64,000 nt of DNA, taken from Longimicrobiales bacterium (lineage in GTDB: Bacteria; Gemmatimonadota; Gemmatimonadetes; Longimicrobiales; Gaopeijiaceae). Under the pieces are notes generated by a model. It did not search any database. It worked only from the letters and a program-made list of their open reading frames with translations, and was not told the DNA's origin. Within the stretch, counting starts at the first letter, position 1; every line of letters begins with the position of its first letter. Positions 1 through 8,751 of the stretch are shown here, in pieces. Location of the stretch: assembly GCA_965202805.1 (NCBI GenBank), contig OZ241869.1:736001-800000 (forward strand), written 5' to 3'. Position numbers and translations under genes: made by a program.

Positions 1-441
1 CTCGAACGCGAGATCGACCATCTCAACGACCGCCATCTGCGTCTCGCGGCGGAATTCGAGAACTACCGCAAAAGGGTTCGTGCCGAGAAGCGGGAAACCT
101 GGGCGCGCGCCCAGGCGGACCTGGTGCGGCGCCTGGTGGACTCGGTCGACGACCTGCAGCGGGTCGCCCTGCTGGACCCGGAGACCGCGTCCGTGCAGGA
201 CATCGTGGAAGGCGTCGACCTGGTGGAACGGAAGCTGCTGCGGGCGCTTGCGGACGCCGGCCTCGAGGTGCTCGACCCGGCCGGCGAGGACTTCGATCCC
301 AACGTCATGGAGGCCGTCATGACGGCCCCTGCCTCCTCGGAGGACGAGGACGACACGGTGGACATGGTGCTACAGCGGGGATACCTGCTGGAGGGCCACC
401 TGGTGCGGCCCGCGCGCGTCAGCGTGCGCAAGCACGACTAG
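1..441 (+). CDS. grpE: Nucleotide exchange factor GrpE (5' truncated by window)
   Basis: Frame 1 reads [13 protein letters not shown]...FDPNVMEAV...[19 protein letters not shown], the GrpE signature; directly upstream of dnaJ. Confidence 0.95.
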   Translation, partial: LEREIDHLNDRHLRLAAEFENYRKRVRAEKRETWARAQADLVRRLVDSVDDLQRVALLDPETASVQDIVEGVDLVERKLLRALADAGLEVLDPAGEDFDPNVMEAVMTAPASSEDEDDTVDMVLQRGYLLEGHLVRPARVSVRKHD

Positions 442-455
442 GGCGGCCGCGCTCG

Positions 456-1571
456 ATGTCGCCGGCGACGAAAGACTACTACAAGGCCCTCGGCGTCTCG
501 GAGAAGGCGACGCCCGAGGAGATCAAGAAGGCGTATCGCCGGTTGGCGAAGCGATACCATCCGGACGCCAACCAGGGCGACTCCTCGGCGTCCGAGCGGT
601 TCAAGGAGGTGGGCGAGGCCTACGCGGTGCTCTCCGACGCCGCCAAGCGCAAGCAGTACGACCAGATGCGGCGCCTGGGCGCCTTCGGCCTCGGCGGCAA
701 CCGGCGAGGGCCGGCCTCCCCGGGCGCCGGGCCGGCGGGGACCGGGCAGGGGTTTTCCTTCGACGATCTGGGCGGGCTCGGCGACATCTTCGGTTCCATA
801 TTCGATCGCGGAGGCCGGAAGACCACCCGGGAAACCTCCACGGGCCCGCGCAAGGGCAACGACGTCGAGTACGTGGTGGACATCGGCTTCGAGGTGGCGG
901 TGACGGGGGGGCGCGTCACCATCTCGGTGCCCATGACCGAGGAGTGCGCCACCTGTGGGGGCAACGGCGCCAAGCCGGGAACGACCACCACCCGCTGCAA
1001 GGAGTGCTCGGGAACGGGCACCGTCTCCTTCGGCCAGGGCGGATTCGCCGTGAAGCGACCCTGCCCGGCGTGCCTGGGGCGGGGCAGGATTCCCACCGAT
1101 CCGTGTGAAGCGTGCAAGGGGACGGGAACGGTGCGCCAGAACCGCAAGATCGAGGTGACCGTGCCGCGGGGCGTGGACACGGGCTCCAGGGTGCGGCTGA
1201 GCGGGCAGGGCGAGCGCGGCGCCAGGGGCGGGGCTCCGGGCGACCTGCTCATCACCTTCAAGGTGAAGCCGCATCGGTTCTTCCGGCGGGACGGGCGCGA
1301 CATCCACGTCACGGTGCCCCTCAACATCGCGCAGGCGACCATGGGCACCCGTATTCGGGTCAGGACCGTGCACGGCAAGAGGGTGGTGCTCAAGATCCCG
1401 GCGGGCACGCAGCCGGGCGCGCGCTTTCGCGTGCGCGGGCACGGGATCCGGAAAGGGACGCGCGTCGGCGATCAGATCGTCGAGATCCAGGTCGAGGTCC
1501 CGGAGGCGCTTTCAGAGGACGCCCAGGAAGCCATCCGCCAGTTCGCGGAAGTCGCCGACCTCAACTACTGA
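456..1571 (+). CDS. dnaJ: Chaperone DnaJ
   Basis: J-domain with HPD, G/F-rich region, four CxxCxGxG repeats, C-terminal domain. Confidence 0.97.
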   Translation: MSPATKDYYKALGVSEKATPEEIKKAYRRLAKRYHPDANQGDSSASERFKEVGEAYAVLSDAAKRKQYDQMRRLGAFGLGGNRRGPASPGAGPAGTGQGFSFDDLGGLGDIFGSIFDRGGRKTTRETSTGPRKGNDVEYVVDIGFEVAVTGGRVTISVPMTEECATCGGNGAKPGTTTTRCKECSGTGTVSFGQGGFAVKRPCPACLGRGRIPTDPCEACKGTGTVRQNRKIEVTVPRGVDTGSRVRLSGQGERGARGGAPGDLLITFKVKPHRFFRRDGRDIHVTVPLNIAQATMGTRIRVRTVHGKRVVLKIPAGTQPGARFRVRGHGIRKGTRVGDQIVEIQVEVPEALSEDAQEAIRQFAEVADLNY

Positions 1572-1582
1572 GTCTTTATCGG

Positions 1583-1816
1583 ATGCAGCGTCTGATTCGC
1601 AACGGGTCGTTTCGCAGGTGGGAAGCCTTTGCCACCACCGGCCGCCACGGGCTCGCGCATCCGGGGCGCGTGGCATTCCGCTGCTGTTCGGATCCCGCCA
1701 GGCGCCCGAGGGTCGCGGAAGTTCCGGCGGGGAAGGCCGGAGCGGAAGCGCTCGTGAACGGCGCGAGCGATGGCGAGCTGCTCCGGCTGCTGGAGGGAGC
1801 CGAGCTGCTGGACTGA
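1583..1816 (+). CDS. Small hypothetical protein (77 aa)
   Basis: ATG 11 nt after the dnaJ stop; 3' part of listed ORF 1112..1816; protein-like sequence WEAFATTG...VAFRCCSDPARRPR...ELLRLLEGAELLD. Confidence 0.6.
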   Translation: MQRLIRNGSFRRWEAFATTGRHGLAHPGRVAFRCCSDPARRPRVAEVPAGKAGAEALVNGASDGELLRLLEGAELLD

Positions 1817-1968
1817 CGGCGCGGGCCGGGCCGAGGCGCTGCCGAGCGTCGGGCTCTGCGCGCGCCGGTCCGACGCCCGGGAAGCGATGTCGGCGAGACA
1901 CGCGAACGGTCGAGTTCTACGCGCGCCGATCCGACCCGGCCATCCCTGCGTGCGCCGATTCGCCCGCG

Positions 1969-3111
1969 TTACTCGGGAAGCGTGGATGCCACCTGCCGCG
2001 CAAATCCTCCTGCGGTCCCGCCCGCCATGGACGCGGTGGCGATGCGTCCGCCCCCCAGGATCCGGTCGGTTCCGTCGAAGAATACCGCCGACTGCCCGGG
2101 CGTGACCGCGAGCACGGGCTCCCCCAGTTCGATGCTCAGCGAATCTCCCGTGCGGCGGATCCAGCCCGGCACCGCCGGGGCCCGGTAACGGAGCTGGGCG
2201 CGCACCACGGTTCCGTCCGCGGGCCGCTCGGCCGTGAGCCAATTGAGTTCGCTCACCCGCAGCTCGCGGCACTCCAGCGCCTCCCTCGCGCCCACCACCA
2301 CCTCGCGCGTGTCCGGACGGATCTCGACCACATACAGGCGCTGGTCGAAGCCGCCCCCCAGGCCGCGGCGCTGGCCCACGGTGAAGGAGGCGTAGCCCTG
2401 GTGGCGGCCCACCACCCGGCCGCGGGTGTCCACCAGGTTTCCCGGCCGGAGCGCGTCGTGGCGCTGGCCCAGCCGCCGCCGCAGCAGGTCGCGGTAGTCG
2501 CCGGTGGGGACGAAGCAGATCTCCTGCGACTCGGGCTTGGCCGCGGTAATGAGGCGGAGTTGGCGGGCGCGCGCGCGCACCTCGGGCTTGGTGAGCTCGC
2601 CCAGCGGGAACCTCAGACGCGGCAACAGCGCACGGGGCAGGCCCCACAGGAAGTAGGACTGATCCTTCGCCGGGTCGCGTCCCCGGAAGAGGGCCGTCTC
2701 GCCGTCCACGATCCCGGCCCGCACGTAGTGTCCGGAAGCGACGGCATCGCACCCGAGCAGCTTTCCCCGCCGCATCAGGTCGCGGAACTTGGTGTTCGAG
2801 TTGCACCGGACGCAGGGGTTGGGGGTGCGTCCGCGCGCGTACTCCGAGACGAAATCGTCGATGACGTCGCGGGTGAACTCCTCCTCCACGTCGAAGACGT
2901 AGTGGGGGATGCCCAGCGCATCGGCGACCCGGCGCGCGTCCATGATGCCGTCGAGCCCGCAGCAGGTGCGCGACGGTCCCGGCTCCTCCTGGTAGCAGAA
3001 GGTCTTCATGGTCGCGCCGACGAGCTGGTGGCCCTGCTCGGCCAGCAGCGCGGCCGCGACAGAGGAGTCGACCCCTCCGGACATCGCCACCAGGATCCGC
3101 TCGCCCGCCAT
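1969..3111 (-). CDS. mnmA: tRNA 2-thiouridine(34) synthase MnmA
   Basis: PP-loop VAMSGGVDSS, TPNPCVRCN, KDQSYFL, ESQEICF, TVGQRRGLG, TPGQ; start ATG at 3111 inside listed ORF 1969..4512. Confidence 0.96.
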   Translation of the reverse strand: MAGERILVAMSGGVDSSVAAALLAEQGHQLVGATMKTFCYQEEPGPSRTCCGLDGIMDARRVADALGIPHYVFDVEEEFTRDVIDDFVSEYARGRTPNPCVRCNSNTKFRDLMRRGKLLGCDAVASGHYVRAGIVDGETALFRGRDPAKDQSYFLWGLPRALLPRLRFPLGELTKPEVRARARQLRLITAAKPESQEICFVPTGDYRDLLRRRLGQRHDALRPGNLVDTRGRVVGRHQGYASFTVGQRRGLGGGFDQRLYVVEIRPDTREVVVGAREALECRELRVSELNWLTAERPADGTVVRAQLRYRAPAVPGWIRRTGDSLSIELGEPVLAVTPGQSAVFFDGTDRILGGGRIATASMAGGTAGGFARQVASTLPE

Positions 3112-3113
3112 CG

Positions 3114-4286
3114 TCAACCTGCCCTTGCGCCGGCGAGGCCGCAGGCGCGGGTCACGATCTCGATGGTGCGGTTCGCGGCCTCGCTCACCTCCGCCGAGGT
3201 GGTGGTGCGACCGAGGCTGAAGCGCACGGAGGCCAGCCCCTCGGCGTCCTCGCCGTAGAGGGCGCGCAGCACCGGGCTGGTGGTCGTGCTGCCGGACGCG
3301 CAGGCCGATCCCCCCGATACCGCCACCCCTGCCAGATCGAAGGCCATCACCAGGGTGGCGGGGTCCAGCCCGGGGAATCCCAGGTTGAGCAGATGCGGTG
3401 CCCGCTCGCCCTCCCCACCGAACACGCGCGTGCCCGGCAGCGCCTCCACGATGGCCGCCTGCAGGCGGTCGCGCTCCGCCGCTAGCCGCTCCGCCTCTTC
3501 CGCCTGCTCCTCCACCGCCAGGGTGAGCGCCCTCGCCAGCCCCACCGCCCCGGCGACATCCTCCGTTCCCGGCCGCAGGCGGCGCTCCTGCCCGCCACCG
3601 AAGAGGAGGGGGGCGAGCTCCACCCCGCGGCGGCGGTAGAGCAGCCCCACCCCCCGCGGGCCGCCGATCTTGTGGGCGGTCATCGAGGCCAGGTCGAGTC
3701 CGGCCCGGCCGAAGTCCACCGGCACCTTGCCGACCGCCTGCACCGCGTCGGAGTGCACCACGACCCCCGCCGCCCGCGCCCGGGCCGCCACGCGCGCGAC
3801 CGGCAGCACCGTGCCGACCTCGTTGTTCACCCACATCACCGAGAGCACGCAGGCGCCCCGCGACAGCGCGCCATCGAGGGCGTCGTCGTCGAGCTCTCCC
3901 GTCGGGTCGACCGCGACGTGCACGCTCTCCCCGCCGCGCGCGGCCACCTGGTCGCACGCCTCCCGCACCGCAGGGTGTTCGATCGTGGTCGCGACCGCGC
4001 GGGGTCGCTCTCCCGCGGCCATCGCGACCGCGGCGCGTCCCAGCACGGCCATGTTGTCGGCTTCGGTGCCGCCCCGCACGAAGGCGATCTCGGCCGGCGC
4101 GGCCCCGACCGCCCGCGCACACTCCGCCCGCGCGCCGTCCAGGGCCGCGCGCGCCTGCCGCCCCCACCGGTGCGCACTGGACGGATTGCCGAAGGCGCCG
4201 GTAAGGTGGGGGCGCATGGCGTCCAGCGCCTCCGGTCGCAGAGGCGTTGTGGCGGCGTGGTCGAGATAGAGGGCGGGGCGGTCCAT
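3114..4286 (-). CDS. Cysteine desulfurase (IscS/NifS family)
   Basis: YLDHAATTP, GNPSS, HSDAVQ, TAHK (PLP Lys), SGGSACASG (catalytic Cys); 2 nt upstream of mnmA. Confidence 0.93.
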   Translation of the reverse strand: MDRPALYLDHAATTPLRPEALDAMRPHLTGAFGNPSSAHRWGRQARAALDGARAECARAVGAAPAEIAFVRGGTEADNMAVLGRAAVAMAAGERPRAVATTIEHPAVREACDQVAARGGESVHVAVDPTGELDDDALDGALSRGACVLSVMWVNNEVGTVLPVARVAARARAAGVVVHSDAVQAVGKVPVDFGRAGLDLASMTAHKIGGPRGVGLLYRRRGVELAPLLFGGGQERRLRPGTEDVAGAVGLARALTLAVEEQAEEAERLAAERDRLQAAIVEALPGTRVFGGEGERAPHLLNLGFPGLDPATLVMAFDLAGVAVSGGSACASGSTTTSPVLRALYGEDAEGLASVRFSLGRTTTSAEVSEAANRTIEIVTRACGLAGARAG

Positions 4287-4387
4287 CGGAACGGCGTCGG
4301 CTGATCATGGCGGGATGGGTTCCGGCGCCTAACTTTAGCCGCCCCGGGGTTTCGATTGAAGGTGTGCATCCGAAAAGGGAATCGCCG

Positions 4388-4759
4388 ATGAGCCAGGCAT
4401 CACTTCCCGCGGGCCCGCCCGCGCGGTTCCGCTCGACCGTCCACGGAACCGTCTTCGCAGGCCGCGACCGCCATCTCGATGCCCTAAGCCCCGGCGACTC
4501 GCTGGTACTCATCCCCGATCTGCCGGAGGGCGGCCAGGGTGTGGTGTGGGTGCATCTGCCCGCCGGCGATCCGGTGGGCTACCTGCCTCGCGAGATCGGT
4601 GGCTGGCTGGGTCCCTGGCTGCGGGCAGGCGGGCGTACCCGAGCGACCGCCCTGCGTGTGGGGAACGACCGCGTGCCCAGTTGGCGGCGGCTGGTGGTGG
4701 ACGTGCGCTGCCTCGGCGGAGACGGGCAAACCGCCTCCGGCGCGTCGCTGGCGATCTGA
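4388..4759 (+). CDS. HIRAN-domain protein (stand-alone)
   Basis: TVHGTVF...LSPGDSLVLIPD...VWVH...VGYLPRE pattern typical of HIRAN domains. Confidence 0.7.
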   Translation: MSQASLPAGPPARFRSTVHGTVFAGRDRHLDALSPGDSLVLIPDLPEGGQGVVWVHLPAGDPVGYLPREIGGWLGPWLRAGGRTRATALRVGNDRVPSWRRLVVDVRCLGGDGQTASGASLAI

Positions 4760-4792
4760 CGCCCGGAAAGGGCGGCCGGCCCGCGAGCCTGC

Positions 4793-6064
4793 CTACTCGA
4801 ACCGCAGCGCCTTGACCGGCGTCATGCGCGCGCCCCGCAGGGCCGGGAAGAGTCCGAACAGCATCCCGGTCACGATGGCCGATGTGAGCGCGGCGACGAT
4901 CGACCAGATGGGAATCGACGCGGGGATCGGAGTCCTGGCTTCGATGAAGTCGGCGAGGCCCGCGCCGAGAGCCAGGCCCAGCGCCCCGCCCAGGAAGGTC
5001 AGCACCGACGCCTCCACCAGGAACTGCCAGAGGATCTCGTTGCGCGTGGCGCCTACTGCCTTGCGGATGCCGATCTCACGTGTCCGTTCGGTTACGGAGA
5101 TCATCATGATGCCGATCACGCCGATCCCGCCCACCATGAGCGCGACCGACGAGAGGGCGATCATCACCAGAAAGAACGCTGCGGTCAACTGGTTGAACGA
5201 CTCGACGATCTGCTGCGACTCGACGAGGGCAAAGTTGTTGTCGTCGGCCGGACCAAGCCCCCGCATCGAACGCAGGACCGTGGTGACCTGATCCTTGGCC
5301 TGCTCCCGGCCGAACGGTTCTCGCGGCACGACCGTCAGCATGAGGAAGTTGAAGCGATTCCTGGCCTTGAGCCGCTTCTCGGCGGCGGTCCAGGGGAAGA
5401 TCGCCCAGTGATCGATGGTCTCGGCGAAGATGTTGTCGTCCGCCCGATAGACCCCCACTACCCGGAACAGTGGACTGACGGCCCGCCTTCCCGCGGTCAC
5501 CCGAACGTTCCTGCCGATCGGATCGCGCTGGCCGAAGAGTTCCTCGGCCAGCCCGGGTGAGATCACCACCACCGCGCGGCCTTCGTCGACCTCGGTCGGC
5601 ACGAAGTTGCGGCCCGCAATGAATTCACCCGGTTGGGCCGCCGTCCAGCCGGCGGACATCCCGTTGCCCTGGAACGCCCGCACCCGACGCCCCTCGAACG
5701 AGAACGTCGGCGAGAACTCGAAGTTGACAATTGCCTCGGAGACAGCCGAAAGACGCTCGATCCGGTCGATCTCCTCGTGGGTCAGCTCGGGACGATCCCA
5801 CCAGGGCGGGCGACCACTGCCGTCGCCGACCAGACGGACATCCGTGAAGTCGAAGGGGGTCAGATAGAAGTTGTTGGCCCCGCCCGCTTCGAACGGCGAG
5901 AGTATGCTCGACCGGATCCCCGTGATCATCGCGGCCATGGTCACGACCACGCCTACCCCGATCGCCACCCCGCTGATGGTCAGACCGGCTCGAATCTTGG
6001 TCGCGCGAATCGCTTCCAGCGCGATGCGGATTCCCTCGCTGAGGGTATTCAGCCGCGCTCTCAT
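4793..6064 (-). CDS. ABC transporter permease (MacB/FtsX family)
   Basis: N-terminal TM, periplasmic domain, VGGIGVIGIMMISVTERTREIGIRKAVGA; start overlaps the upstream stop (TGATG). Confidence 0.93.
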   Translation of the reverse strand: MRARLNTLSEGIRIALEAIRATKIRAGLTISGVAIGVGVVVTMAAMITGIRSSILSPFEAGGANNFYLTPFDFTDVRLVGDGSGRPPWWDRPELTHEEIDRIERLSAVSEAIVNFEFSPTFSFEGRRVRAFQGNGMSAGWTAAQPGEFIAGRNFVPTEVDEGRAVVVISPGLAEELFGQRDPIGRNVRVTAGRRAVSPLFRVVGVYRADDNIFAETIDHWAIFPWTAAEKRLKARNRFNFLMLTVVPREPFGREQAKDQVTTVLRSMRGLGPADDNNFALVESQQIVESFNQLTAAFFLVMIALSSVALMVGGIGVIGIMMISVTERTREIGIRKAVGATRNEILWQFLVEASVLTFLGGALGLALGAGLADFIEARTPIPASIPIWSIVAALTSAIVTGMLFGLFPALRGARMTPVKALRFE

Positions 6065-7305
6065 CACTCGTACCTCAGCGCGTCTACCGGATTGAGTTTC
6101 GAGGCTCTCGCAGCCGGGTACACACCGGCGACCACCCCGACCGTTATCCCGAGCGCGACACCGAGCCCGATCCACTGAGGCGCGACCGCGGCCGGCAGAG
6201 GCGACACGGCGCGGACGACCGCGGTGAGCGCGACTCCGATACCGATGCCGACCAGCGCGCCTACCGCCGACAGGGTGGCGGTCTCGATCAACACCTGGAG
6301 CAGTATATCGCGCCGCCGAGCGCCGATGGCCTTGCGCACTCCTATTTCCCGGGTCCGCTCCATGACCGAAACCAGCATGATGTTCATGATCACGATGCCG
6401 CCCACGACCAGTGATATGGACACCAGCCCGGGTAGTGCGACGAAGAGCACGCGCGAAATGGTGTCCCAGAAGCTGAGCGCTTCTTCCGCGGTCTCGAGGT
6501 TGAAGTCATTCTCCTCGCCGGGTCGGAGGCCGTGGCGCGCGCGCATGATTCCCTCGGTCTCGGCGGTAGCCTGGCGCAGCAGTTCCGGACTCGCGGTCTG
6601 GATCACGACGCCGTCCACGACATTTCGCGGATTCACCATTCGCCGGATGGGAGAGCGGGCCGGGGCCAGCACCATGTTGTCACGCGACAGCCCCAGCATC
6701 GAACCCTGTTCCTCGATGACGCCGACGATGCGGAAGGGAAAATCCCGGATTCGCACCTGCGCACCGACCGGATCCTGATCCTCGAAGAGCAGGTCCGCGG
6801 TGCTCTTGCCGAGCACGGCGACGGCTGCGCCGCGGTCGGCCTCCTGTGCGGAGAAGGGCCGGCCGAGCTCCATGGCGTACGCACGAATCGTAAAGATCTC
6901 CTCGGAGGCTCCGAAGAGGAGTACGTTTTCAACCTTGAGTCCTCCCGGACCCTCTACTTCCCCCTGGGAGATGGACTCGACCGCGATCGTGGCAGGTGTC
7001 TCGAGCCGGTCTCGAATCGCGTCCGCGTCATCCATCTCGATGCGGGGACGTCGCGCCGCGCGCCGCAGGGACACGGGGTCTCCGTCAACGATGTTGGGCC
7101 GGCTCCGCTCAAGGGTCACAGTGTTCACACCGAACACCATCGACGAGAAATCGTCCCGGATGTAGCGGTCGATTCCTTCGACGATGCTGACCACCACGAT
7201 CAGGAACATGATGCCGACGATGACGCCGAGGAGGCTGAAGAAGCTCTTCAGCTTCTCGCTGCGGATGTAGCCGAGCGCCAGTCTTACGCCTTCCCAGAGC
7301 TGCAT
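6064..7305 (-). CDS. ABC transporter permease (MacB/FtsX family)
   Basis: VGGIVIMNIMLVSVMERTREIGVRKAIGA; C-terminal PARASKLNPVDALRYE. Confidence 0.93.
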   Translation of the reverse strand: MQLWEGVRLALGYIRSEKLKSFFSLLGVIVGIMFLIVVVSIVEGIDRYIRDDFSSMVFGVNTVTLERSRPNIVDGDPVSLRRAARRPRIEMDDADAIRDRLETPATIAVESISQGEVEGPGGLKVENVLLFGASEEIFTIRAYAMELGRPFSAQEADRGAAVAVLGKSTADLLFEDQDPVGAQVRIRDFPFRIVGVIEEQGSMLGLSRDNMVLAPARSPIRRMVNPRNVVDGVVIQTASPELLRQATAETEGIMRARHGLRPGEENDFNLETAEEALSFWDTISRVLFVALPGLVSISLVVGGIVIMNIMLVSVMERTREIGVRKAIGARRRDILLQVLIETATLSAVGALVGIGIGVALTAVVRAVSPLPAAVAPQWIGLGVALGITVGVVAGVYPAARASKLNPVDALRYE

Positions 7306-7329
7306 GACCGCCTCAGGTCCGTCCCCGGG

Positions 7330-8673
7330 TCACGAGGCCGGTTCGTCCGGCTCTACCGACGCACTGTCGGTTCGCACTTCCTCACCATCCGTGAGTTCGC
7401 GAATGCGCTGGTACGGGCCGCTCACCACCGTGTCGCCCTCCGCCAGTCCGGAGAGCACCTCGAAGTACTCCTGTCCCGCGATTCCGACGGCGACCGGAAC
7501 GAAATGCGCCTCGCCGTCGCGTACGATGAAGACACCTTCCTCTTCTTCCTCTTCTTCCTCCTCGTCCTCGTCTGCCGTGCGCGTGTCATCCGATTCCGTC
7601 GAACCGTCGCCGGCCTCGTCGTTCCCGAATTCCCCGTCGCCATCCGAGCCGTTCCCGTCCGCCTCGTCCTGTTCCGAGCGGTCCCGAATCGTGAGGGCGA
7701 TAATCGGAATCGCCAGCGCCTGGTCGCGCGTTTCGGTGACGATGTCGGCCGTGGTCGAAAGGTCCGGCCGCAACTCGACCGGCGGGGCGTCCAGCGTAAT
7801 CACCACCTCGAAGTCGATGGTGGGGGTCTGGCCCGTGCCCGCCGCACTCGACGGAGGCCGGATCGCGGAGTTGCCGATCTCGGTCACGGTCCCGGCGAAC
7901 TCCGTGTCCGGAAACGCGTCCAGTTCCAGCGCGGCGCTGTCGCCGACGCTGATCTCCGGGACGTCGGTTTCGTCGACCTGCATCACCGCCTCGATCACCG
8001 ACAGGTCGCTGATGGTGAGCAGGAGACTCCCCGGGTTGTTCATCGTGCCTACGATGGCGGTCTCACCAAGTTCGATGTTCAGCCGGGTGACCTTCCCCGA
8101 GATGGGAGCCCGGATGGTGGTCTTGGACAGGCGATCCTCGGCCTCGGCCAGCGTCGCGCGGGCCTGGTCCACGCCGTGCTCCGCGGCGGTGTAGAGAGCC
8201 TGCGCGACCTCGGCCTGCGTCCCGGCGTCGTCGACTTGCTGCCGGCTGACGAGCGTCGAGTCCCTTGTCCAAAGCCCCTGCATGCGGTCGTACTCGCGCG
8301 TCGCCTGGATCAGGCTGGCGTTCTGCTGGGCCGCCTGCGCCTCCCGCTGGGACAGCCCGGCCCGCCACTGGGCCACGGCAGCCTGGAACTGCGTCTGATC
8401 GATGCGCAGAAGTACTTGTCCTTCTTGCACATCGTCGCCTTCGTCGACGTTGAGTTCAACGATGCGGCCCGAGACATCGGAGCTGATGTCTACGGTTCGC
8501 CGCGCCCGGATGTTGCCACTCGCGGTGACGATCGCTTCCAGGTCGCGCCGGCCTACTTCCTCCGTGCGCACCTGCGTGCCGGTGTTGCGCGACTGCAGGG
8601 TGGTCAGCACTCCGGCGACCACGAGGACGGTTACCACGAGCACGCCGATGGCGATTTTTGCTCTAAGCGTCAT
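7330..8673 (-). CDS. Efflux periplasmic adaptor (MacA/HlyD-like membrane fusion protein)
   Basis: N-terminal anchor, lipoyl half-motifs (SGRIVELNVDEGDDVQEGQVL; TIRAPISG), coiled-coil hairpin. Confidence 0.92.
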   Translation of the reverse strand: MTLRAKIAIGVLVVTVLVVAGVLTTLQSRNTGTQVRTEEVGRRDLEAIVTASGNIRARRTVDISSDVSGRIVELNVDEGDDVQEGQVLLRIDQTQFQAAVAQWRAGLSQREAQAAQQNASLIQATREYDRMQGLWTRDSTLVSRQQVDDAGTQAEVAQALYTAAEHGVDQARATLAEAEDRLSKTTIRAPISGKVTRLNIELGETAIVGTMNNPGSLLLTISDLSVIEAVMQVDETDVPEISVGDSAALELDAFPDTEFAGTVTEIGNSAIRPPSSAAGTGQTPTIDFEVVITLDAPPVELRPDLSTTADIVTETRDQALAIPIIALTIRDRSEQDEADGNGSDGDGEFGNDEAGDGSTESDDTRTADEDEEEEEEEEEGVFIVRDGEAHFVPVAVGIAGQEYFEVLSGLAEGDTVVSGPYQRIRELTDGEEVRTDSASVEPDEPAS

Positions 8674-8751
8674 TTGGATGTTGTTCCCGAAATGCGGTTC
8701 AGGATCCTGGGCATGCCTGCCGTCCCGCCTCCCCGTGCATCCCGGCAGGCG

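Noticed and set aside
1969..4512. Apparent 847-aa MnmA fusion
   Set aside because: The N-terminal 466 aa is an off-frame read of the desulfurase gene; MnmA starts at ATG 3111
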